Shown in pieces: positions 28,499 to 38,077 of a stretch of DNA of 64,000 nt. Position numbers and translations under genes: made by a program. Source of the stretch: Mustelus asterias (Eukaryota); contig NW_027590293.1 of NCBI RefSeq assembly GCF_964213995.1, positions 62,001-126,000 on the forward strand, read 5' to 3'. The notes beneath the pieces are model-generated. The model was not told the DNA's origin. It ran no database searches and was given only the letters and a program-made list of their open reading frames with translations. Numbering within the stretch: position 1 is the stretch's first letter; the number at the start of each line of letters is the position of its first letter.

Positions 28499-29845
28499 AT
28501 GGAGAAACCATGGAAATGTGGGGACTGTGGGAAGAGATACAGAGCCCCATCAGAGCTGGAAGATCATCGGCACAGCCACACTGGGGAGAGACCATTTACT
28601 TGCTCTCAGTGTGGGGAGGGATTCACTCGGGTATCCCAGCTGCAGAGACACCAGCGAGCTCACACTGGGGAGAGGCCCTTCACTTGCTCTCAGTGTGGGA
28701 AGGGATTCACTCGGTCATCCAGCCTGCAGGCACACCAGCGAGTTCACACTGGGGAGAGACCGTTCACCTGCTCTCAGTGTGAGAAGGGGTTCAGTCAATT
28801 GGCTAACCTGCAGAGACACCAGCGAGTTCACACTGGGGAGAGGCCGTTCACCTGCTCTCAGTGTGAGAAAGGGTTCAGTCATTTAGCTAACCTGCAGAGA
28901 CACCAGCGAGTTCACACAGGGGAGAGACCTTTCACCTGCTTTCAGTGTGGGAAGGGATTCACTGATTTATCCACCCTGCGGAGACACCAGCGAGTTCACA
29001 CTGGGGAGTGGCCGTTCACCTGCTCTATGTGTGGGAAGGGGTTCAGTCAATTAGCTGAGCTGCAGACGCACCAGCGAGTTCACACTGGGGAGAGACCATT
29101 CACCTGCTCTCAGTGTGAGAAGGGGTTCACTGATTTATTCACCCTGCGGACTCACCAGCGAGTTCACACTGGGGAGTGGCCGTTCACCTGCTCTGAGTGT
29201 GAGAAGGGGTTCAGTCAATTATCTAACCTGCAGAAGCACCAGCGAATTCACACTGGGGAGAGACCGTTCACCTGCTCTCATTGTGGGAAGGGATTCACTG
29301 ATTTATCCACTCTGCGGAGACACCAGCGAGTTCACACTGGGGAGTGGCCTTTCACCTGCTCTATGTGTGGGAAGGGGTTCAGTCAATTAGCTAAGCTGGA
29401 GACCCACCAGCGAATTCACACTGGGGAGAGACCGTTCACCTGCTCTCAGTGTGGGAAGGGATTCACTGATTTATTCACCCTGCGGACTCACCAGCGAGTT
29501 CACACTGGGGAGTGGCCGTTCACCTGCTCTCAGTGTGAGAAGGGGTTCAGTCAATTATCTAACCTGCAGAAGCACCAGCGAGTTCACACTGGGGAGAGAC
29601 CGTTCACCTGCTCTCAGTGCGGGAAGGGGTTCAGTCAATTATCTAACCTGCAGACGCACCAGCGCCTTCATACTGGGGAGAGACCGTTCACCTGCTCTCA
29701 GTGTGGGAAGGGGTTCAGTCAATTATCCACCCTGCGGACACACCAGCGAGTTCACACTGGGGAGAGACCATTCACCTGCTCTCAGTGTGGGAAGGGTTTC
29801 AGAGTTTCATCCGCCCTGCTGAGACACCAAAATGCTCATGAGTGA
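28499..29845 (+). CDS. C2H2 ZNF Z6 (16 fingers, 448 aa)
   Basis: Uninterrupted ORF from accATGG with 16 x 28-aa fingers. Confidence 0.92.
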   Translation: MEKPWKCGDCGKRYRAPSELEDHRHSHTGERPFTCSQCGEGFTRVSQLQRHQRAHTGERPFTCSQCGKGFTRSSSLQAHQRVHTGERPFTCSQCEKGFSQLANLQRHQRVHTGERPFTCSQCEKGFSHLANLQRHQRVHTGERPFTCFQCGKGFTDLSTLRRHQRVHTGEWPFTCSMCGKGFSQLAELQTHQRVHTGERPFTCSQCEKGFTDLFTLRTHQRVHTGEWPFTCSECEKGFSQLSNLQKHQRIHTGERPFTCSHCGKGFTDLSTLRRHQRVHTGEWPFTCSMCGKGFSQLAKLETHQRIHTGERPFTCSQCGKGFTDLFTLRTHQRVHTGEWPFTCSQCEKGFSQLSNLQKHQRVHTGERPFTCSQCGKGFSQLSNLQTHQRLHTGERPFTCSQCGKGFSQLSTLRTHQRVHTGERPFTCSQCGKGFRVSSALLRHQNAHE

Positions 29846-31147
29846 TTCCAGGGGTTGGATTCTGCTGTTATTGTTTCTGCTCTCAATTACATCCAGGACT
29901 GCATTTTGTTCATTCTCACAGTTGGTCAATGGGGAGGGTCGGAGGGTTTCTTTCTGCTGGACTGGCCGGTCTCATGACTTTGCCTCCAGTGGGCTGATGC
30001 TCTTTGAGTCTTGTTGCGAATACCTGGTTTCAGATTTCACACGGATCACAGAGTGACAGGGTGTTAGGAAGTTCAGAGATTTTTAGTCAGCATTTCTGTT
30101 TGAAACTCCCCCAGATGCCCATCCAATTTCCTTTGTAATTGTTTATTGTCTCCACTTCCTCCACCCTCGTAGGCAGCAAGTTCCAGGTCATTACCATTCA
30201 CTGCATCAAAATATTCTTCCTCACATCCCCCCTTCCTCTCTGACCCAAAACCATAAATCTGTGTCCCCCTCGTCCTTCTCTCGTCAGCTAATGGGAACAG
30301 CTTTTCTTTGTCCATCTTATCTAAACCTGTCAGAATCTTGTCCACCTCTATCAAATCTACCCTCAACCTCCTTGCTCCAAGGGGAACAACCCTAGCCTGA
30401 CATTGACAATAAAGAACAAACTAACAGAATATGTTAATACCTGAAATCAAATGGGAATGTTTAATTTCTGTTTTAAAGAAATCATGAATATATTGTCCCG
30501 TACAATAAAGGGATTTGAATAACTCAGCTTGAGTGCAGTTGAATGAAATGTCTCAATCGCGTATCCACCCACAGTCGAGAGGAAGTGTGGAATGTGTAGC
30601 TGGAAATCCCTCCCTAACAGCACTGTGGGTGTACTTACACCTTCGGCATTATAGCAGTTCAGGAAGGCAGTGTTGGCGCTGATCGTGGCCGAGGCAGCTA
30701 CATACAGCCACATATTCTGTTATAACTGAAGGACTGCAGATTAAATGTGCGGCATTATGGGACTGGACTATCTTGACCACATTCCTGTGACTGCTCAGTT
30801 TCTGCAATCATGAACCATTAAAGCTGCTTAGCAGGGTCCTGACAGAGGACCTGGTGAGAATATTTACTCAGAATGAGTTAGAATGAAACTTATTCCAGGA
30901 CCGGCTGGTGTTCAGTGGCTGAGATTCCCGAATCTGTAAAAAGGGGGTCTGACCAGTGGTAGGTAGTCCGGTAAGAAGCGTTCTCATGCATTATTTAAAT
31001 TATTTTATCATGAAGTTGTGATCAGAACTGTGAGGGACTTGTAACCCAATAGTTGTTGAATTGACGGTAAACTCCAAGTAGCACTGGACTGAAAAGGGGG
31101 TCTGACCAAGAAGTGAAGTGATCTCAGGCATTGTTTAAATTACATCA

Positions 31148-31601
31148 TCATTGGCCAACTTCCCCTTTGTGATGTCACAATGGAGTCCTGCCTGAATCAG
31201 CCAATAGGAATCACTCTGCTCCGCGGTGACGTCTCTGGGTTCCAGTGCTCAGGCCTGGGCGCGCGGACCCGGGAGCCCCGCCCCCACCCATTGTTCCCCT
31301 CCCCCTGCACCTCATCGAGCCAAGGTTTCCAGGCAACCGGCTGGCGGCTCCGGCCAGAGCGAGAAGCTGCTCGGTGATCTCCCCCTCCCCCCGGCCCGGG
31401 ACTGCGCAGGTCCAAGGGAGGGGGAAGCTGCGAATTGCAGGGCAGATCCTGCCCCCTGACCTTCTGAGGTGTTGATTAATAGGAAGAGTTGAAGGACCGG
31501 AAGGACTCTGGTCCTTCAGCTGATCAGAGCGCGGGCTTTGCGTGAATGAAGATTGAGCTTCAGACAGACTGAAACTTCCTCCTGTCTCCAACATCAGAGA
31601 G
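31148..31601. promoter_or_regulatory. CpG-rich promoter-like region related to 50410-50520
   Basis: 31148-31212 is the reverse complement of 50411-50475, and 31555-31601 matches 50473-50517 directly. CCAAT, CRE-like and GC boxes are present. Confidence 0.55.
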
Positions 31602-31604
31602 GTT

Positions 31605-31677
31605 GTTTCTGTAGTGAAGTGGTTGTCACGTTTGCCTGACACGCGAAAGGTCCCCGGGTCAGAACCGGGCAGGAATG
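31605..31677 (+). tRNA. tRNA-Val-derived copy, anticodon GAC, probable pseudogene
   Basis: Aligns over 73 nt to vertebrate tRNA-Val (GTTTCCGTAGTGTAGTGGTTATCACG...). Stems pair, but the T-loop/B-box reads GGGTCAGAACC and there is no clear poly-T terminator. Confidence 0.75.
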
Positions 31678-32504
31678 TTAATTTGTTAATTCCAGCATCT
31701 GAAAGTGGGAAGGGGGAGGAAGGTGAGCTGTTGCCTGCCTGCCTGCTGTCCGGCCTGCCTGCCGTCTGGCCTGCCTGTCTTCCGTCCGTCCGCCCACTGG
31801 AGGGTGCTCTCTCCCTGGAGGGAGAGAGGACACGGAGTGACTTTCTTTCTTTTTTCTTTCCATCTATGGGAGGGAGGACTGCACGTTTCAACATCGAGGG
31901 ACTGAGTGGTTGGGCTGGTGCCCTCATCATCAGAAGGTCGGTGCCTGAAAGGGATGGGGGGGTGAAGTAAATTCAGACTGTTTTTTCCATCTGCGGGCGG
32001 GCGGGCGGGCGGGCGAAGACACCCCGGACTTGAACTGTTTGCGCCCAAAAGGGCTGGAGGAGTAAAGTCCCCCACCCACTGCTGCTGCCCCCAACACCGG
32101 CACCCCCTCCCCTCTTTCCCCCTGACTGGGGCACCGGCCCCCCTCCGTGCCTTGTCCCTCGTCCTCCCTCCTGCTCCTCCGACCTCCTCTCTCGCTCCGG
32201 GGAGAGAGCACCTAGATCCCCATCCACCTACCCTACCCTCCCTTATTTTTCCCTCCTCTTATACGCCCTGCCGTGGCAGAGCCTTCTCGGCCCACCTATG
32301 CGGGCGTGGCGGCTGCCAGAGCCCCCGCCGCTCCCAAGGCCCTGCCGTCTTTTTCGTTGCTCACGCGGCAGCTCGGGGTGAAGTGCTACGCCCACCCCGA
32401 CATGTCCATCGAGGCCTGTGTCAAGGCAATGGCTGGGGTTGTCGGCCCCTCAGCCATTGTCGCGGCCTCTAAGATGTACGGCCGGGCCGTATTCTTTTTG
32501 AAGG
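31678..32504 (+). mobile_element. Tx1-clade non-LTR retrotransposon, 5' UTR and ORF1 N-terminus (truncated)
   Basis: PTYAGVAAA...LTRQLGVKC...IEACVKAMAGVVGPSAIVAASKMYGRAVFF closely resembles Xenopus Tx1 ORF1p. The 5' boundary is uncertain. Confidence 0.8.
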
Positions 32505-32800
32505 CCACCCACCCGCCACATTTATCATTCCCCGCGCGCCGCCCTCTACCTTGTATTGTTCTCGCTTCCAAGTTGAAACCGTCCGTCCGCCGCCGCCATT
32601 ACCCGCACTGCGCATGCTTCAGGTCCCGCCCCTCATTCACTCCGATTGGTTGGAGGACCAGCCGCTCCCGCTCGGTCCTCCAGTCCCGCCCCCTCTTCCT
32701 ATTGGTCCGGAGCTGGCGTCAATCAGCTCCCGGGCATTGTGATGTGGAGCATGCGCAGTGTCATTGTTGGCCTTGGCGCTTGTTTGTCCCGGAGAAGCGG
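32505..32800 (+). promoter_or_regulatory. ZNF CpG promoter module (paralogs at 15100-15300 +, 21960-22370 -, 55925-56323 +)
   Basis: CpG-rich, with NRF1-like TGCGCATG, GC boxes, two ATTGG (CCAAT) boxes and YY1-like CGCCAT; conserved in four copies upstream of ZNF genes. Confidence 0.75.
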
Positions 32801-33749
32801 AGTCAGCGTTAGGCGGTGGCTGGGAGGATTTGGAAACACTTTGTGGATCCGCAAACCCTTCAGAATCATTGTCAGCTCCCTGGTTTGCAGCTGCGGGGCT
32901 TCTCCCTCCCTCCCGGGAACAGGCCCAGGTTAACGGCCCCATCCTGGCTCAGCCACTGGAGGATGGTTCACATCAGAGGATGGGGGAGGGGGACAATAAA
33001 TAAGAGGTTACACTTTGGCCTCAAATCAATGAGGACTCTGATCTCTGGGAAGGAAGGAAACCCTGGGAGGTGGGCGGGGAGGATTCACAAACACCCGCTG
33101 GAGGCCCCAACACCCCCAATAAGACCCATTGGTTTTATTGTCAGTCTGCAGACAGGAGCTGGAGAACTGAACCCAGACAGAGTAGAGGGAGGGAGAAAAC
33201 TGGGAGTGGAGGAAAGAAATGGTAGAGATGGGTTTGGATTTCAGCCCAGGGAAGAGGGAGAGTGTGTGGGACGGAGATTTACAGATTTGGGGGAACAAGA
33301 GAGGAAAAAATGTTCCAGACGAACTAGAATTGTCTGTTCAGAGTTTGTATCGTGTTCTGACAGTGATGACTTTTCTAAACTGTTTTTACAGGATATTGGA
33401 AGTGAAAGATTGGCAGACAGAAAATTCAAACCGGACATCACATCTGACAAAGTCATTCAGTTCCTTCGGAGCTGAATATCATTGGTCTTTGAATATAGAA
33501 AGAGAAATATTTGTCTGTTCTGCCTGTGGGCAAAGAAATTAAACATCACTGTGACTGGAAAAGCATCGAGACAAACACACACCCGAGTGAGAGTGTTCCA
33601 GTGAACTGAATGTGGAAAGAGCTTTAACCAGTTACACAGCCTGAAAAAACATCACAGTTCACAGCAGGGTGAAACTACGTGTATGTTGTGTGTGTGGATG
33701 AGGCTTGAACTGATCATCCAACCTGGAGAAACACAAGGACACCCGCACC

Positions 33750-34730
33750 ATGGAGAAACCGTGGAAATGTGTGGATTGTGGGAAGGGATTCGGTTTCCCA
33801 TCACAACTGGAAGTTCATCGGCGCAGTCACACTGGGGAGAGACCGTTCACCTGCTCCGTCTGTGGGAAGGGATTCACCCATTCATACAACCTTCTGACTC
33901 ACCAACGGGTTCACACTGGGGAGAGGCCGTTCACCTGTCCTGTGTGTGGGAAGGGATTCACTCGCTCATCCCACATTGTGACACACCAACTTGTTCACAC
34001 TGATGAGAGAATGTTTACATGTTCTGACTGTGAGAAGAGTTTTAAATGCAAAAAGGATCTGCTGACACACCAACGAATTCACACTGGGGAGAGACCGTTC
34101 ACCTGCTCTGTGTGTGGGAAAGGATTCATTCAGTCATCCCACTTGCAGACACATCAACTTGTTCACTCTGATAACAAACTTTTTAATTGTTCCCACTGTG
34201 CGAAGAGCTTTAAAAATAAAAAGGATCTGCTAACGCACCAATATGCTCACACTGGGGAGAGGCCATTCACCTGCTGTGTGTGTGGGAAGGGATTCAGCCG
34301 TCCATCTGCCCTATTGAACCACCAGAGAATTCACACTGGGGAGAGGCCCTTCACCTGCTCAGACTGTGGGAAGGGATTCACTCGTTCATCCAACTTATTG
34401 AATCACCAGCGAGTTCACACTGGGGAGAGGCCGTTCACCTGCTCTGTGTGTGGGAAGGGATTCAGTCAGTCATCCAACCTGCTGACACACCAGAAAGTTC
34501 ACAGTGCGGAGAGGCCACTTACCTGCTCTGTCTGTGGGAAGGGATTTTCTCATTTATCTTATCTTCTGAAACACCAGCGAGTTCACACTGGGGAGAGGCC
34601 GTTCACCTGTAATGTCTGTGGAAAGGGATTTATTCAGTCATCCCACCTGCTAACACACCAGCGAGTTCACAAACGACTGCAAGGTTTGGATTCTACTCTT
34701 AATGATGCTGTTAATCATATCCAGGACTGA
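33750..34730 (+). CDS. C2H2 ZNF Z7 (11 fingers plus an 18-aa C-terminal tail)
   Basis: Intact 326-aa ORF with an upstream CpG promoter module and a splice acceptor at 33390-33391. Confidence 0.92.
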   Translation: MEKPWKCVDCGKGFGFPSQLEVHRRSHTGERPFTCSVCGKGFTHSYNLLTHQRVHTGERPFTCPVCGKGFTRSSHIVTHQLVHTDERMFTCSDCEKSFKCKKDLLTHQRIHTGERPFTCSVCGKGFIQSSHLQTHQLVHSDNKLFNCSHCAKSFKNKKDLLTHQYAHTGERPFTCCVCGKGFSRPSALLNHQRIHTGERPFTCSDCGKGFTRSSNLLNHQRVHTGERPFTCSVCGKGFSQSSNLLTHQKVHSAERPLTCSVCGKGFSHLSYLLKHQRVHTGERPFTCNVCGKGFIQSSHLLTHQRVHKRLQGLDSTLNDAVNHIQD

Positions 34731-35376
34731 ATCGTGTTCACTCTGACAGTCTTCATCCGTTGAGGTTTAATATTCTGAATAAATATGAAATAGACCAGCT
34801 TTGTTTTTTAAAATTGTTGTAGATTTTTGTCTTTCCCACCTGACTGTTTAACATCACCAGGCTGGAGCTCAGAAAAGACAATCGGGGGTGGATCATATGG
34901 CAAACAGGACGCAGTCCTTCAGGGTCACAGAGGGACAAACAGCACTTTGCTCTTCCTCGTCTCTCTTCACGACAGCAAAGTACCCGTGTGGTTTAATCCT
35001 GAGATGTGCAAGAATCTCAGTCACTCCCTTCTATGTTTCAGCGCTCCTAGACCAGGAACAGAAGTTCCTTTACAACTGTGTTTAGAGTCAGGAAGAACAA
35101 CAGTGAATGCTGGAAGCATGCTGCTAAATCAGAGATTGGTGCAAAACTGGGATCTGTTCCTGACTGAGAGTGAAATGGCAGGATTAGATTTCCAGACTGA
35201 AAATGCAGAAAAGTCTAAAATATTTTAATGTGTTTGTGTGTCAGTGCCAGTTTATTGAACAGAAACCAGCTCAAAATAAATTGGTTAAAGTCTGCATTAA
35301 AGTAGCAGCTGGAGAGTTCAAAGGAACCTGTTATCTGCTGGGACAATTAGACAACAATTTGATTCCCACTGAGACC

Positions 35377-35415
35377 CACAGTGAATGAGGCTCCCGCGGG
35401 CCTCATACAAAAAGT
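35377..35415 (+). other. Orphan 23-RSS with an 8-nt V-end remnant (35369-35376)
   Basis: Perfect CACAGTG + 23 nt + ACAAAAAGT. The preceding CTGAGACC matches the intact V end CTGAGCCC at 7/8. Confidence 0.85.
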
Positions 35416-35799
35416 GACGCAGACGTTTCAGGGTCAGAGAAAAAGAGTCGGATCTCAACGAAAATGCGCAGGAAATGAAGGCCACAATACAGCCCCAGCT
35501 GAATAATATTCCCCCACTGAGCTCAGCCATTGTCAGTGTTGTGAAATGTCACATTTGCCATCCTATTATTCCCGGATCAAATCCAACCATTCTCCGATCC
35601 CATCCGCACAAAATCTGCAGATTACCCCGGGTGAATAACTTCCTTAATCTGTACTTAGAAAAATTCTGGATTCGGTGCCTATCTGCCCGGCGACACATTT
35701 TAAAAGTGATCTATTATCAAATGCAGCCTCAGAATTGTTCCATTTTCAAGTCCGTGGAGCAGAAATAATAACTGATTGAAATCAGAGCTTTTCTATTTG

Positions 35800-36260
35800 G
35801 GGAATAGAGGGGTACAGTGAAGATTTACTATGCTGATTCCTGGGATGGCAGCTCTGTCATATGAGGAGAGATTAAATCCGTTAGGATTATATTCACTGCG
35901 GTTTCGAATAGTGAGAGGGGGTCTCATAGAAACTTATAAAATTCTAACAGGGTTCGACAGGGTAGATCCAGAAGACTGTTCCCAATGGTGGAATCCAGAA
36001 CCATGGGTCATCTTTTGAAGATAAGGGAAAAACTGAGGTGAAGGGAAATTCTTTCATCCAGAGAGTGTTGAATGTATGGAATTCAATACCACCGAATGTA
36101 GTTGAGGCCAAAACGTTGTCTGATTTCAAGAAGAAATTTGATATAGCTCTTGGGGCTAAAGGGGTCGAGGGGGAAGGAGGATCAGGATATTGAATTCCAT
36201 GATCAGCTATGATTACGATGAATGGCGGAGAAGGCTCCTGCTTCTAGTTTCTATGTTATG
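35800..36260 (+). mobile_element. CR1 3' fragment
   Basis: LSYEERL..LGLYSL..RGGLIETYKI. Confidence 0.75.
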
Positions 36261-36384
36261 AGTCCGTGAAATATTTCCTGGTGCAGAGTTGAGTGACTAC
36301 TTATCCCCGGTATACTTACAGCACTAACTATTAATTATGTTGAGTCCTGGATGCTACTCATTAATCCCTGTACGTTAGGCTGCT

Positions 36385-36689
36385 GAATCATTGAATCCCG
36401 ACAATGCAGGATGGAGCCTGTCCCGACAACAATCCCACCCAGGCCCTATCCCCGTAACCCACATATTTACCCTGCTATCCCCTGACACTTAGGGTAATTT
36501 TGCGTGGCCAATCCAGCAAACCTGCACAGTTTAGGAATGTGGAGGGAAACTGGAGCACCTGAGGAAACCCACGCAGACACGGTGAGAAAGTGCAAACTCC
36601 ACAGAGACAGTGACCCGAGGCTGGAATCGAACCCGTGTCCCTGGGGCTGTGAGGCAACAATGCGAACCACTGCGCCACCGTGTCACCCA
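36385..36689 (-). mobile_element. HE1/V-SINE (diverged)
   Basis: Same consensus. Confidence 0.8.
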
Positions 36690-36915
36690 TAAATGATTAA
36701 ATTAGAAAAAAGGATCTGCCTTAAGAAAGATTGATGGACTGAGTTCTGAGGAAAGCGAGTTAACCAGTTAATGAGACAGAATAAGTGATGATGTGGGAGA
36801 GAGCAGAGAGAGAGCAAAGACTTTAGAAATAAGTTTACGGCCAGGGAAGGAATGTGATTGGAAAGTGCCAGCTATATTAAATCATTAACTAACAGTGATT
36901 GGTTCACTGGTTACG

Positions 36916-37237
36916 GGGCGGCATGATGCCACAATGGTCAGCGCTGCTGTCTCACAGTGTCAGGGACCCGGGTTCAATTCCGGCTTCGGATCACTTTCTG
37001 TCTGAGTTTGCATGTTCTCCCAGTGTCTACGTGGGTCCCCTTCGGGTTCTCCTGTTTCCTCCCACAGTCCAAAGATGTGCAGGTTAGGTTGATTGGCCAT
37101 GCTAAATTGACCCGAGCGTCAGGGGATACGCAGGGTAAATACATGGAGTTGCGGGAGTGGAGCCTGGGTGGTATTGTGACCGGTATAGACTCGATGGGGC
37201 GAATGGCCTCCTTCTGCACTGCAGGGATTTTATGATT
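36916..37237 (+). mobile_element. HE1/V-SINE abutting the V promoter
   Basis: Same consensus; ends a few bp before the CRE palindrome. Confidence 0.85.
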
Positions 37238-37240
37238 CGC

Positions 37241-37346
37241 AGCTGACGTCAGCTCAGGGAGATGAGCCAATCGCAGCACTGAGAAACGCCTCCCTGTTTC
37301 TGAATACTTGAAGCTGCCTCTGATCTGAGTTCACTCTGTGATATAA
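37241..37346 (+). promoter_or_regulatory. V-segment promoter: CRE palindrome, CCAAT, TATA-like
   Basis: AGCTGACGTCAGCT (37241-37254), CCAAT (37267) and ATATAA (37341), 60-165 bp upstream of the leader ATG. CRE elements are characteristic of TCR V promoters. Confidence 0.7.
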
Positions 37347-37404
37347 GACTAGAGGCAGCAACTTATTGTAAACATTGTCGCTGCTTACTGTCCAATCAGG
37401 AACC

Positions 37405-37842
37405 ATGTATCTCCTGTGTGCTTTACTGATAACAATGACCACGCTGCCCGGTGAGTCTGAGCTCAGATCCTCAGTGTGTGTTTCATGGGTTATATTTGTT
37501 CACAGATTTCTCACACATTCTACATTTTGTTGCAGGAATCAATGGCCAAGATTCAGTTTCCCAGGACCCGGCTGAATTAACGGTTCAGGAAGGATTGAAC
37601 GTAATAGTGAATTGTAATTACACAACAACGGATGCTTTTCCAAATCTCTTCTGGTACATCCAGTATCCCGGGGAAGCTCCGAGATATTTACTGCAGAAAT
37701 ATAGCACGGGGGGCGGAGAAAAGTCTCCAGATTTCCCTGACCGGTTTTCTGCTGATTTGGACAAGGACAAGAAAACAGTTCCTTTAAATATCACTGGGGT
37801 CCATGTCTCTGACTCTGCCGTGTATCACTGTGCGCTGAGCCC
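37405..37842 (+). CDS. T-cell receptor alpha/delta-type V gene segment (leader exon 37405-37450, intron 37451-37535, V exon 37536-37842)
   Basis: 46-nt hydrophobic leader exon MYLLCALLITMTTLP-G with gtgagt donor and ttgcag acceptor. The Ig V fold has CNY, LFWYIQYPGEAP, RFS and DSAVYHCALS, followed by an RSS. Confidence 0.93.
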
Positions 37843-37881
37843 CACACTGCTACAGAGGCGCAGTGAGCCCGTACAAAAACC
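37843..37881 (+). other. Recombination signal sequence, 23-bp spacer
   Basis: CACACTG + 23 nt (ctacagaggcgcagtgagcccgt) + perfect nonamer ACAAAAACC, directly after the V exon. Confidence 0.93.
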
Positions 37882-38077
37882 TGCAAAGGCACTCTCACCT
37901 CCTCTCACTGAATCAGATCTGTGACCTGGATTGTGAACTGTTAATACAAACAGAACAATTGTATAACGAAGAGTTAGTCCGAATGTTCTCATTCCATGGT
38001 GCTGAATGTGCCATTCTTGTTTAAACACTCTGCAATGCTGAGACTGGGAGAAGTGAACAACAGGGGGCAGCATTGCA

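Noticed and set aside
32273-32812. 179-aa ORF as a novel chimeric gene
   Set aside because: It is Tx1 ORF1 with a GTG start running by chance into promoter DNA at the duplication junction.
33540-33720. Shared in-frame TGAs as selenocysteine codons
   Set aside because: They are accompanied by TAA stops and frameshifts, most are not at Cys positions, and no SECIS was seen. CGA>TGA decay is simpler.
33219-33749. KRAB, SCAN or BTB domain upstream of the ZNF arrays
   Set aside because: No such motif was recognised in any frame examined.
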